Assembly: GCA_964492195.1 (NCBI GenBank)
Contig: CAZBJL010000001.1
Coordinates: 79,082-143,081 of the forward strand
Direction of reading: 5' to 3'
DNA: 64,000 nt
From: an uncultured Candidatus Saccharibacteria bacterium
GTDB taxonomy: Bacteria; Patescibacteriota; Minisyncoccia; Phycocordibacterales; DATGWK01
The stretch's first letter is position 1, and each line of letters starts with the position of its first letter. The position numbers and the translations under genes are program-made. Of the stretch, positions 55,784-64,000 are shown piece after piece. The notes beneath the pieces were generated by a model, which was not told the origin of the DNA, made no database searches, and saw only the letters and a list, made by a program, of their open reading frames with translations.

Positions 55784-55815
55784 GACGCCTCTACCACATG
55801 GGGGCGTCTTTTTTA
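55784..55815 (+). terminator. rho-independent terminator ending a ~230 nt structured region after the ABC-F gene
   Basis: gacgcc-tctaccacatggg-ggcgtc plus tttttt. Confidence 0.55.
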
Positions 55816-55863
55816 TATAAGAGAGTGCTGTAAACTTGTCGTAAGTGGTGATTGGAATATGAA

Positions 55864-56607
55864 TTACCCCAAATCAAGTGCGTGCAAAAATGTTTCTAAC
55901 TCTTCGCCTTCGATTTTTCTATGACCGCCTTGGTTGAGATTGCCGAGGTTGATATTCATGATTCGAACGCGTTCGAGGTCGTCGACTTCCTGAAAGAGCG
56001 CAGCACACATGCGGCGGATCTGATGCTTTTTTCCTTCGGTCAAAATAACTTTGAATTTTCTTTCAGTAAGGATCTGAACTTTGCAGGGCGCGGTCATTTC
56101 TGATTCGATACGGACACCCTTTTCCATATTTTTCTTGAAGCTTGTGCGGAGTTTTTCTTTTGTGATCACGATGTACTCTTTTTCGTGAGCAAATTCTTTG
56201 CCGAGGAGCCGTTCAGTAATGCGACCGTCGCTTGTGAGGATGATGAGTCCGTGTGAATCTTTGTCGAGTCGGCCAATAGGGAAGACGTCTTTGAGGGCAA
56301 CGACGTACTTAATTTCTTTTTCATTTCCTTGAGCCGAATGAGTCACAACGCCACGAGGTTTGTTGTACGCAAAGTACACGTGTGGTTTTTGTTTGCCGGT
56401 AAATCTAACTTCAACATTGTCATGTTCGTTAACTTTGTCACCAAGGACTGCAAGCCGACCATTCAAAAAGACCTTCTTTTGTTTGATAAGGTCGTCCGCT
56501 CCGCGTCGAGTAGAATGTTTTCGGTACGCGAGGTATTTGTTAATACGCATAGGAAAAAGCGGCTTTTCAGGGCTTTGTGGGTGTAGTGGTCTTTGTGGCG
56601 ATTTCAT
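55864..56607 (-). CDS. pseudouridine synthase (RsuA/RluB family) with S4 domain
   Basis: Active-site RLDKDSHGLIILTSDG. N-terminal S4 domain. Confidence 0.8.
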   Translation of the reverse strand: MKSPQRPLHPQSPEKPLFPMRINKYLAYRKHSTRRGADDLIKQKKVFLNGRLAVLGDKVNEHDNVEVRFTGKQKPHVYFAYNKPRGVVTHSAQGNEKEIKYVVALKDVFPIGRLDKDSHGLIILTSDGRITERLLGKEFAHEKEYIVITKEKLRTSFKKNMEKGVRIESEMTAPCKVQILTERKFKVILTEGKKHQIRRMCAALFQEVDDLERVRIMNINLGNLNQGGHRKIEGEELETFLHALDLG

Positions 56608-56722
56608 GGTGTGGGCAGTGTAACATAGAAATTGCTAATAGTATTGATTTCACTTATATATCATGTTATTCTTACGTCTCAATTATCGACCGGAAGGTCG
56701 TTTTTAATTCAAAATTTAATTC

Positions 56723-58513
56723 ATGGAAATCCGAAATATTGCAATTATTGCCCACGTCGATCATGGTAAGACGACTCTCACTGACGCGATGATGCGCCAG
56801 AACTCCGACATTGTTGAAGGAGTTTCTATGGATTCAAACGATCTCGAACGTGAACGTGGTATCACTATTTACGCCAAAAATACCTCAATTTTTTATAAAG
56901 GTACGAAGATCAATATTGTCGACACTCCAGGTCATGCCGACTTCGGTTCCGAAGTTGAACGCGTTCTTCGTTCGATCGATTCCGTTCTTTTGATCGTCGA
57001 TGCACAGGAAGGTCCGATGCCGCAAACACGTTTCGTCTTGAAGAAATCTCTTGAACTCGGTCTTCGTCCAATTGTTGTTATTAATAAAATCGACAAAAAA
57101 GCTGCAGACATCCATGCGTGTGAAGAAGGAGTACTCGGTCTTTTCCTCGAACTCGGTGCAAGCAACGAGCAGGCTGAATTCCCAGTTGTCTACGCAATCG
57201 GCCGCGACGGTGTTGCAAAACGAAGCGTTGGAGAAGAATTAGCTCCTAACCTCAATCCACTTCTCGATGTTATTCTCGAACACGTCAAACCTGCATCATC
57301 AGCTGAACGTGAAAGCAAACCACTCATGCTTCAGCCATTCAACCTCGGTTACGATAATTTCATCGGCCGTCTTGCAATTGGCCGCATGTACGAAGGTACG
57401 ATCAAACAAGGTCAGACTGTTTTTATAAAAAATGTTGATGGCAAAAATCGCACAGGAAAAATTACCAAAGTCTTTGTATTTCACGGCATTGAGAAAAAAG
57501 AAGTTCCCGAAGCTGTTGCTGGTGACATCGTGATGATTGCCGGACTTCCAGACATTTATATTGGCGAAACAATTACGTCCGACGAAAATGCAATTCCACT
57601 TCCTGCGATCGCTGTTGATGAACCAACGATTGCTCTTAATTTCCTCGTCAACAATTCTCCTTTTGCAGGAAAAGAAGGAAAGTTTGTGACTTCACGACAG
57701 ATTCGTGACTATCTCGAACGCGAACTTGAAATCAACGTTGGTCTCAAAGTTGAGTTTGGTTCTGGCGACAGCTTCCGAGTTCTTGCTCGTGGTGAACTTC
57801 ATGTTGAAATTCTTTTGGAAAATATGCGCCGAGCCGGATTTGAACTCCAGGTTTCTGAACCGCAAGTTATTATCCACGAAGAAAACGGGGTCAAAACTGA
57901 ACCGTACGAAGAAGTTGTTATCGACATTCCAAGTCAGTACCAGGGTACGATCATTGACCGTCTTGGTTTGAAAGCATTCGTCATGACCAACCTCGTTGTG
58001 CACGGTGACTCTGTCCGACTTCTTTTTGAAGGTCCAACTCGAGGACTTTTGGGTTATAGAAATCAATTCGTTATCGATACAAAAGGGGAGGGAATTTTCT
58101 CTTCACATGTGATTGGCTTCAAACCATACGCTGGTGAAATCCGAAAACGTCACGTTGGTGCCATGGTTTCTATGGCCACCGGAAAGGCGCTTGGTTTCTC
58201 CCTCTGGAATTTACAGGAACGTGGCGAGCTCTATATTGCGCCGGCAACAGAAGTCTACGAAGGTATGGTTATCGGTAACACTTCAAAGGGTGAAGAAATG
58301 TACGTGAACCCAACAAAAGGAAAGCAGCTCACAAACATGCGCGCCTCTGGTTCTGATGACGCCATGGATTTGGTAAAACCTTTTGAAATCACGATTGGTC
58401 GTGGTTTGGAAATTATTGCAAACGACGAATATCTCGAAATCACTCCAAAAAGTATCCGTCTCCGAAAACAACTCCTTACAGAAAACGATCGAGCAAAAGC
58501 AAGAAAGAGTTAA
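56723..58513 (+). CDS. typA: translational GTPase TypA/BipA
   Basis: AIIAHVDHGKTTL, DTPGHADF, NKID. EF-G-like domains. Confidence 0.92.
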   Translation: MEIRNIAIIAHVDHGKTTLTDAMMRQNSDIVEGVSMDSNDLERERGITIYAKNTSIFYKGTKINIVDTPGHADFGSEVERVLRSIDSVLLIVDAQEGPMPQTRFVLKKSLELGLRPIVVINKIDKKAADIHACEEGVLGLFLELGASNEQAEFPVVYAIGRDGVAKRSVGEELAPNLNPLLDVILEHVKPASSAERESKPLMLQPFNLGYDNFIGRLAIGRMYEGTIKQGQTVFIKNVDGKNRTGKITKVFVFHGIEKKEVPEAVAGDIVMIAGLPDIYIGETITSDENAIPLPAIAVDEPTIALNFLVNNSPFAGKEGKFVTSRQIRDYLERELEINVGLKVEFGSGDSFRVLARGELHVEILLENMRRAGFELQVSEPQVIIHEENGVKTEPYEEVVIDIPSQYQGTIIDRLGLKAFVMTNLVVHGDSVRLLFEGPTRGLLGYRNQFVIDTKGEGIFSSHVIGFKPYAGEIRKRHVGAMVSMATGKALGFSLWNLQERGELYIAPATEVYEGMVIGNTSKGEEMYVNPTKGKQLTNMRASGSDDAMDLVKPFEITIGRGLEIIANDEYLEITPKSIRLRKQLLTENDRAKARKS

Positions 58514-58523
58514 AAATATAAAA

Positions 58524-58549
58524 GAAAAAACCGCCGTGGGGCGGTTTTT
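58524..58549. terminator. bidirectional rho-independent terminator
   Basis: A-run, ccgcc-gtgg-ggcgg, T-run between convergent genes. Confidence 0.6.
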
Positions 58550-58563
58550 GATTGTGAAGCGTT

Positions 58564-58830
58564 TTATTTGATGGCTTCTTCGAGTTCGGTGATGAGGACG
58601 AAGTATCCATCACCGTGGCTTGTGACTTCGGCTGCCTCCTGCCACCTGTGGTCGTAAAACATGTCCTGAGGCGGATGAAGCATGATCTGTGCACCGCCGG
58701 GGAGGCCAGTTTCCTGATCCCACCTGAGGCGTTTGTCATTTTCGCGCTCCGGAGCGCATTTTTGAAGTGCTCGAAGATCTTTTTTGAGCACGACAGTTCG
58801 AAGACCTGTTTCCGTTCCGGTCGCGGGCAT
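58564..58830 (-). CDS. hypothetical protein (88 aa), GC-rich orphan
   Basis: AAAGGAG SD 7 nt upstream of ATG. Terminator shared with typA. Confidence 0.45.
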   Translation of the reverse strand: MPATGTETGLRTVVLKKDLRALQKCAPERENDKRLRWDQETGLPGGAQIMLHPPQDMFYDHRWQEAAEVTSHGDGYFVLITELEEAIK

Positions 58831-58944
58831 GTTCAGACTCCTTTATGTGGTGGTTGTGTACGATTCCTGAAGTATTTAATCACGACCTCGCATAAAGTCA
58901 ATTCTGCTAGCTCGGTCAGCATTCATCATGCTAGAATTCCCTAA

Positions 58945-60342
58945 ATGAAAAGGACATATATAAAAGAATTGAAGGATTTAACCGGCTCTGAAGTCGTTGT
59001 AAAAGGTTGGGTAGATATTCGTCGTGACCATGGAAAATTAATCTTTATCGATCTTCGTGATGCGACAGCGAAGGTGCAAATGGTAGCTTTGCCAAACCAT
59101 ACCGAAGCTCATGCACTCGCAAGCACGATTCGTCCAGAATGGGTTGTTGAAATCAGCGGTAAGGTTAACGCCCGGCCAGAAAAAATGGTCAATAAAGACG
59201 AATCAAACGGGGCGGTGGAAATTGAAATCCTTTCAATTGTTATTTTAAACAAGGCCGAAACGCCACCGTTCGATATTCGCTCAGAGGGCAAAGAAATAAA
59301 CGAAGAAGCCCGACTTCGATATCGTTACATCGATCTTCGTCGAGACCGCATGCAAAAAAATATTCGTAATCGTCACAAAGCGACAAGTTTTGTGCGCGAG
59401 TTTTACACATCTGAAGGTTTCGTTGAAATCGAAACACCAATGATGACAAAATCGACGCCAGAAGGTTCGCGTGATTACATCATTCCATCACGTTTGGATA
59501 ACGGTAAGTTTTACGCCCTTCCGCAGTCTCCCCAGCAGTACAAACAGCTTCTCATGTCTGCAGGTTTTGAAAAATATTTCCAGATCGCACGCTGTTTCCG
59601 CGACGAAGACACTCGTGGTGACCGCCAGCCAGAGTTTACCCAGATCGATCTTGAAATGAGTTTTGTTGCGCAGGAAGATGTGATGGCTATCAATGAAAAA
59701 ATGATCATTGGTCTTGTGCAGAAACTCTATCCAGAAAAGAAAATCCAAGAAATTCCATTTCCCCGGCTTACCTATAAAGAAGCAATGGAAAAATACAATT
59801 CCGACAAACCGGATTTGCGCACAGACAAAAATGATCCGAACCTTCTTGCATTCTGCTGGGTTATTGATTTTCCATTTTTCGAAAAAACAGAAGAAGGCGG
59901 CTGGACGTTTACCCACAACCCTTTTTCTGCACCAAAGCCAGAATTCATGAATGACCTTTTGGAAAAGAAAAATATTGAAGGCATTTTGACGACACAGTAT
60001 GACATTGCACTCAACGGTTCTGAAGTCGCCGGTGGTAGTATTCGAAATCACAACCCTGAAGCACTCAAAAAAGTTTTTGAAGTTATGGGATATGCCGATG
60101 AAAGAATCGAAAAGAATTTTGGTCACATGCTGAAAGCTCTTGGTTCTGGTACGCCTCCGCACGGTGGCATTGCGTTTGGTTTTGATCGCTTCATGATGAT
60201 TCTCCAAAACGAACCAAATATTCGTGAAATTATTGCATTTGCAAAAACCGGCGAAGGAAAAGACTTGATGATGGATTCTCCGTCAGAAGTTGATGCACTC
60301 CAGCTTCGCGAACTTGGCATAGAACTCAAAAAGAAGAAGTAG
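58945..60342 (+). CDS. aspS: aspartyl-tRNA synthetase, short archaeal/non-discriminating type
   Basis: 465 aa. Motif 2 FRDEDTRGDRQPEFTQIDLEMSF, motif 3 GSGTPPHGGIAFGFDR. N-terminal OB fold. Confidence 0.85.
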   Translation: MKRTYIKELKDLTGSEVVVKGWVDIRRDHGKLIFIDLRDATAKVQMVALPNHTEAHALASTIRPEWVVEISGKVNARPEKMVNKDESNGAVEIEILSIVILNKAETPPFDIRSEGKEINEEARLRYRYIDLRRDRMQKNIRNRHKATSFVREFYTSEGFVEIETPMMTKSTPEGSRDYIIPSRLDNGKFYALPQSPQQYKQLLMSAGFEKYFQIARCFRDEDTRGDRQPEFTQIDLEMSFVAQEDVMAINEKMIIGLVQKLYPEKKIQEIPFPRLTYKEAMEKYNSDKPDLRTDKNDPNLLAFCWVIDFPFFEKTEEGGWTFTHNPFSAPKPEFMNDLLEKKNIEGILTTQYDIALNGSEVAGGSIRNHNPEALKKVFEVMGYADERIEKNFGHMLKALGSGTPPHGGIAFGFDRFMMILQNEPNIREIIAFAKTGEGKDLMMDSPSEVDALQLRELGIELKKKK

Positions 60343-60448
60343 AGATTAATGTAATAAAATATTCGTTGACTTTTTTGGGGTCAGTGATAGATTGTCATTC
60401 GGCATAGTTCTTTCACTTCAATAGACGAAAACACAGAAAGGAGGAAAG

Positions 60449-60757
60449 ATGGATTCTCGCAGTCAGCTGCCAGGGAAGATAGCTTTCTTCACCTGTGCAT
60501 TCGTCACATCCTGGACAGTCGTTCTTACGACTCACGGTGGTGGGGTTCTCCCGCTCATACAGGTCCAAAGCAACTCGGCGAACAGTGAATACTATGTGAG
60601 CCATGACCCTCTGGACCAGTCAGACGAAGTCATTTTGGGTTTTGTGGAGGCCGCAGGTCTCGTGACCTGTCGGTTGCTTCTCGTGAGTTCGTTGATTGAA
60701 TATACTTTTGGATATCCTAACGGACATCCGAAGGTGCGTCCTCCGGATTGTGTGTAA
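60449..60757 (+). CDS. hypothetical protein (102 aa), GC-rich orphan
   Basis: GAAAGGAGGAAAG SD. Terminator gggccca...tgggccc plus T-run at 60805-60840. Confidence 0.45.
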   Translation: MDSRSQLPGKIAFFTCAFVTSWTVVLTTHGGGVLPLIQVQSNSANSEYYVSHDPLDQSDEVILGFVEAAGLVTCRLLLVSSLIEYTFGYPNGHPKVRPPDCV

Positions 60758-60909
60758 TTTCTCCTGAACACAGTGTGTGCAGGAATGACCAGTTTCATAA
60801 GTAAGGGCCCACGCGTATGCCCCTGCATGGGCCCTTTTTCTATGGGAAATTTTTAATAAAAAACCACCCCTCAAAAAAGGAGTGGTGATAAACCTGGGCA
60901 ACTTTTGTG

Positions 60910-61647
60910 CTACATCGGAATTGTGTTCGCAGTTTCGTTGCGGTATCGATGAAACGGGCCGCATGTGCATGGTCTTGAGTTGCAGCGCTTATGCTTGCCG
61001 CTGTAGTTCTCTTGAAGCTCTGTGTCGAGATCGATACCCAACAAGGAACAGATTGTAAAGATCCAAGCGAATGTGTCTGCGAACTCTCGGGCAATAATGT
61101 TGGAGAGCTCATCTGAAGAGATCTTCGGGTTATTGATATCGATAAGGGCCGTGTCTCCTACCTCGCCAATTTCTTCTGCAAGCCGCATGACCGCCGCGAG
61201 CAACCCTCTTTCTCGATTGTTCTTCCCGTAGAGTTTTTCGAGGTGTTTGCACCAATCATTGACTCCCCAGGTCAACTGAACAACAGAAGGTGGGGCATAG
61301 GTGATGTCATTAGTGCGGGCAGCTGGACAAACACACGGGATTGCTGAACACCAGCTACAGCCACCGCTGTGAGGATACTTTGTAGTGAGTGACTCAACGA
61401 TGGGAATGTTCCCGAAACTTCTCGCAAAGTTACTTGTTCGCGCAAAGATACTGGCGAGTGCGCGCCCCAACCCTTCTTTGTCAGTCACACCACGACGTAA
61501 GAGTTTAATCAGGTGTCTCAGCGACCCATTCAGAAAGATGAATCGATCGCCTCTGTCTGGCATGTACATCCGATTGCGTTGCCCGAAAAGTTTGAAAAGC
61601 TCATCAAAACGTTCGTTCAAAGTCTTCGTTGAGGTCTCCCTTCCCAT
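60910..61647 (-). CDS. MazG-like NTP pyrophosphohydrolase-like protein with Cys-rich insertions
   Basis: N- and C-terminal helices resembling MazG (LAEEIGEVGDTA, EFADTFAWIFTICSLLGIDLDTEL). Inserted GGCSWCSAIPCVCP and C-terminal CNSRPCTCGPFH. Confidence 0.4.
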   Translation of the reverse strand: MGRETSTKTLNERFDELFKLFGQRNRMYMPDRGDRFIFLNGSLRHLIKLLRRGVTDKEGLGRALASIFARTSNFARSFGNIPIVESLTTKYPHSGGCSWCSAIPCVCPAARTNDITYAPPSVVQLTWGVNDWCKHLEKLYGKNNRERGLLAAVMRLAEEIGEVGDTALIDINNPKISSDELSNIIAREFADTFAWIFTICSLLGIDLDTELQENYSGKHKRCNSRPCTCGPFHRYRNETANTIPM

Positions 61648-61965
61648 ACCGAGTCTCCTTACGTTGTATGTTTGTACTGTTTTTGTTTTGATCCAAAAAA
61701 ACTATACTTTTTTTTAAAAAAAAGTCAAAAATGCCCGACTATTGTTCGGTATCAATCTCTACTCGTTTACTCCCGAGCCAGTTGACAAAAAACCACATAT
61801 GATATATTATGTGGTTCGTAATACATCTCTAGGTTTTGTTTGGAGTCCGCTCTAAACGTTGAGGCCATTGCGCTTTTTCTAAAAACTCTCGAGACAGACT
61901 AGTCGAAATTTATATGACTGGCGATTGTTACATCGAGACACTTTTTAACGTCTCTTAGAAAAAAT

Positions 61966-63276
61966 ATGCAACCACATTCAAATCCCTCGAATAATTCGGG
62001 GCACTCATATCGAGGCAACAAACCACGTTTTAGTGGTAATTCAACGTCAAAAGTTGGCGATAGCATCAAGGGCCGAACTTTCGCGCGCCCAAGTTTCCAT
62101 AGTGGAAACAAGTCATCGTACCGAGGCGGTTCACGAGGTCCATCTCGAGGTAATTCTCGCGGTGGCCGAAGCGAACGAATCGATTTTTCACGATACGTGA
62201 ACAAAGCTGTGATCACCGAAGAAGTTGTTCACTTCAAACCAGATCACAAATTCGATGATTTTCTTATCCAAACTGATCTCAAAAATGCCATTAAGACAAA
62301 AGGATATCTTGATCCAACTCCGATCCAAGACCGAACAATTCCACATATTCTTAAAGGTCAGGACATTGTTGGTATTGCCAACACCGGTACCGGTAAAACT
62401 GCTGCCTTCCTTATTCCACTCATCAACAAAGTACTTTTGAATCGCAAGGAGCAAATTCTTATCGAAGTACCAACTCGCGAGCTTGCAATTCAGATCGACG
62501 ACGAGCTTAAGGGCTTCACAAAAGGCATGAAGATCTATTCTGTCTGTTGCGTTGGAGGTGCTCCAATCGGCCGTCAGATTTCTCAGCTCAAATACCAATA
62601 CAATTTCATTATCGGTACTCCCGGTCGTATTAAAGATCTCGTTGAGCGCAAAATGATCAAGCTTCCAGAATTCAAGACACTCGTCATGGATGAAGCTGAC
62701 CGAATGCTCGACATGGGCTTCGTAGCTGATATGCGATACGTTGTGTCGCTTATGTCAAAAGAACGTCATACACTTTTCTTCTCTGCAACACTTTCTTCTG
62801 AAGTTGAAAAACTCATCAAAGAATTTCTCAAAGAACCTGTTCGAATTTCAGTAAAAACTGGCGACACGTCTAAAAACGTCGACCAAGATATTATAAAAGT
62901 TGAACGTGGTACAAACAAAATCGATATTTTGCAGGAACTCCTTAAGCAAAAAGAATTCAGTAAGGTTTTGATTTTCGGCCGAACAAAACACGGTGTAGAA
63001 AAACTCTCAAAAATTCTTACAGATAGGGGATTCAAAGCGCAGTCTATTCACGGCAATAAAAACCATTCAAAACGACAGCAAGCGCTCGGTTCATTCAAAA
63101 ACAATATGTCACAGGTCCTTGTTGCAACAGACGTTGCTGCTCGAGGTCTCGACATTGCGGACGTGAGTCATGTTATTAACTTTGATATTCCTGCAACATA
63201 CGACGATTACATTCACCGCATTGGCCGAACTGGTCGTGGAAACAAAAAAGGTAAGGCGCTCACATTCATCGAATAA
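61966..63276 (+). CDS. DEAD-box ATP-dependent RNA helicase with N-terminal R/G/S-rich extension
   Basis: Q motif, ANTGTGKT, PTRELA, DEAD, SAT, HRIGRTGRG. About 80 aa low-complexity RGG/SR N-terminus. Confidence 0.9.
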   Translation: MQPHSNPSNNSGHSYRGNKPRFSGNSTSKVGDSIKGRTFARPSFHSGNKSSYRGGSRGPSRGNSRGGRSERIDFSRYVNKAVITEEVVHFKPDHKFDDFLIQTDLKNAIKTKGYLDPTPIQDRTIPHILKGQDIVGIANTGTGKTAAFLIPLINKVLLNRKEQILIEVPTRELAIQIDDELKGFTKGMKIYSVCCVGGAPIGRQISQLKYQYNFIIGTPGRIKDLVERKMIKLPEFKTLVMDEADRMLDMGFVADMRYVVSLMSKERHTLFFSATLSSEVEKLIKEFLKEPVRISVKTGDTSKNVDQDIIKVERGTNKIDILQELLKQKEFSKVLIFGRTKHGVEKLSKILTDRGFKAQSIHGNKNHSKRQQALGSFKNNMSQVLVATDVAARGLDIADVSHVINFDIPATYDDYIHRIGRTGRGNKKGKALTFIE

Positions 63277-63291
63277 TTTCTGAATACCACC

Positions 63292-63471
63292 ATGAGTCAC
63301 ATTATCGACAAAAACAAATTAAGAAAATCGTTTCCTGGAAGTGGAAATTGGATTGAAAAACCTCGACGCTCTGAAGTGCTCGTGTGTTCATCATGTAAAG
63401 GAAAATATATTAAAACTCGAACAGGTCAAACAACGTGTGTTCGTTGCCTCGTAAGAAGCGTTCGAAGTTAA
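63292..63471 (+). CDS. unannotated 59 aa zinc-ribbon protein
   Basis: MSHIIDKNKLRK...VCSSCKGKYIKTRTGQTTCVRCLV: CxxC-(13)-CxxC. Just below the ORF-track cut-off. Confidence 0.35.
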   Translation: MSHIIDKNKLRKSFPGSGNWIEKPRRSEVLVCSSCKGKYIKTRTGQTTCVRCLVRSVRS

Positions 63472-63525
63472 TCCTTGCACTCCTACTGTGCTAGAATTGG
63501 CCCATTAGTAGTAACGTATATTCCT

Positions 63526-63888
63526 ATGGCTCTATATAGCGTCATGCATCTCGTTGGTCAGGTTCTTTTTGGTGGGTATTTTATCTATTCTGGAATTCGT
63601 CATTTTACTGAACACAAAAACTTCACCGCATATAGCGTGTCGATGAAAGTGCCAAGTCCAGCTCTTGCTGTATATGCCACAGGTGCATTACTTCTTCTTG
63701 GAGGTCTCGGTGTGATTTTAAATATGTATACACACATCGCACTCTGGCTTCTTGTGATTTTCCTTATACCAACAACGGTCATGATGCACGCATTCTGGAA
63801 AGTAACCGATCCTCAAATGAGAATGGTCAACAAAATAAATTTTTTCAAGAACGTCGCACTTCTCGGTGCTGTTCTTTGGATGATGTAG
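63526..63888 (+). CDS. DoxX family membrane protein
   Basis: Four TM helices. Start at MALYSVMHL within the longer ORF. Confidence 0.65.
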   Translation: MALYSVMHLVGQVLFGGYFIYSGIRHFTEHKNFTAYSVSMKVPSPALAVYATGALLLLGGLGVILNMYTHIALWLLVIFLIPTTVMMHAFWKVTDPQMRMVNKINFFKNVALLGAVLWMM

Positions 63889-64000
63889 CTATTGCGTGAC
63901 GATAAATTTTCCAACCATTCCCATTTGTCGGTGAGAGCCAACTGAACAGTAAAATTCGAATGTTCCAGTTTTGTCTGCCATAAATTCGAGCACTTCGGCA

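Noticed and set aside
55583-55815. RNase P or SRP RNA
   Set aside because: Contains AGUCCGGGC but is only ~230 nt, lacks the 3' P4 partner and the SRP GGAA/AGCA domain IV features. Overlapping a full-length RNase P would collide with the rluB-like gene.
1-64000. CRISPR array / rRNA operon / integrase or transposase
   Set aside because: No regularly spaced direct repeats (the A and B repeats are irregularly placed and palindromic), no rRNA-like sequence, and no recombinase-like ORF anywhere in the window.

Overview
This 64 kb window reads as a streamlined, small-genome bacterial chromosome segment, most like Candidate Phyla Radiation / Patescibacteria (Saccharibacteria-like). The backbone is AT-leaning and carries densely packed housekeeping genes: trxB-ftsZ-ftsA, ybeY-rpsU, hisS-like, lepB, pth, rpsA, gyrA, infB-rbfA, clpB, alr, rpmG, miaA, parB, topA, dprA, serS, ftsQ-like, dus, dnaX, ABC transporters, cspA-like, an ABC-F ATPase, typA, an archaeal-type aspS and a DEAD-box helicase. 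I could fold 13 tRNA genes by hand, including a minus-strand cluster Leu(TAG)-Lys-Leu(TAA)-Cys. There are no rRNA genes, no CRISPR array, no integrase or transposase. Features I consider most notable are listed below.

- A solute-binding-protein gene is translationally coupled to a tandem array of six paralogous VirB2/TrbC-like small double-transmembrane proteins that resemble type IV secretion system pilins.
- Two families of interspersed palindromic structured repeats are present. Family A has two copies and family B has three copies. Both show stem-preserving compensatory substitutions between copies, which makes them candidate novel structured RNAs.
- There are several visibly GC-richer mini-cassettes, each with its own promoter, Shine-Dalgarno site and terminator. 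One encodes a PEP-CTERM-tailed secreted protein. Two are promoter-to-terminator candidate small RNAs lying between dus and dnaX.
- There are several small unannotated ORFs: a 28 aa hydrophobic peptide downstream of an Asp23-like gene, a 51 aa membrane peptide, and a 59 aa zinc-ribbon protein.
- There is a catalytically dead, membrane-anchored HtrA-like pseudoprotease.
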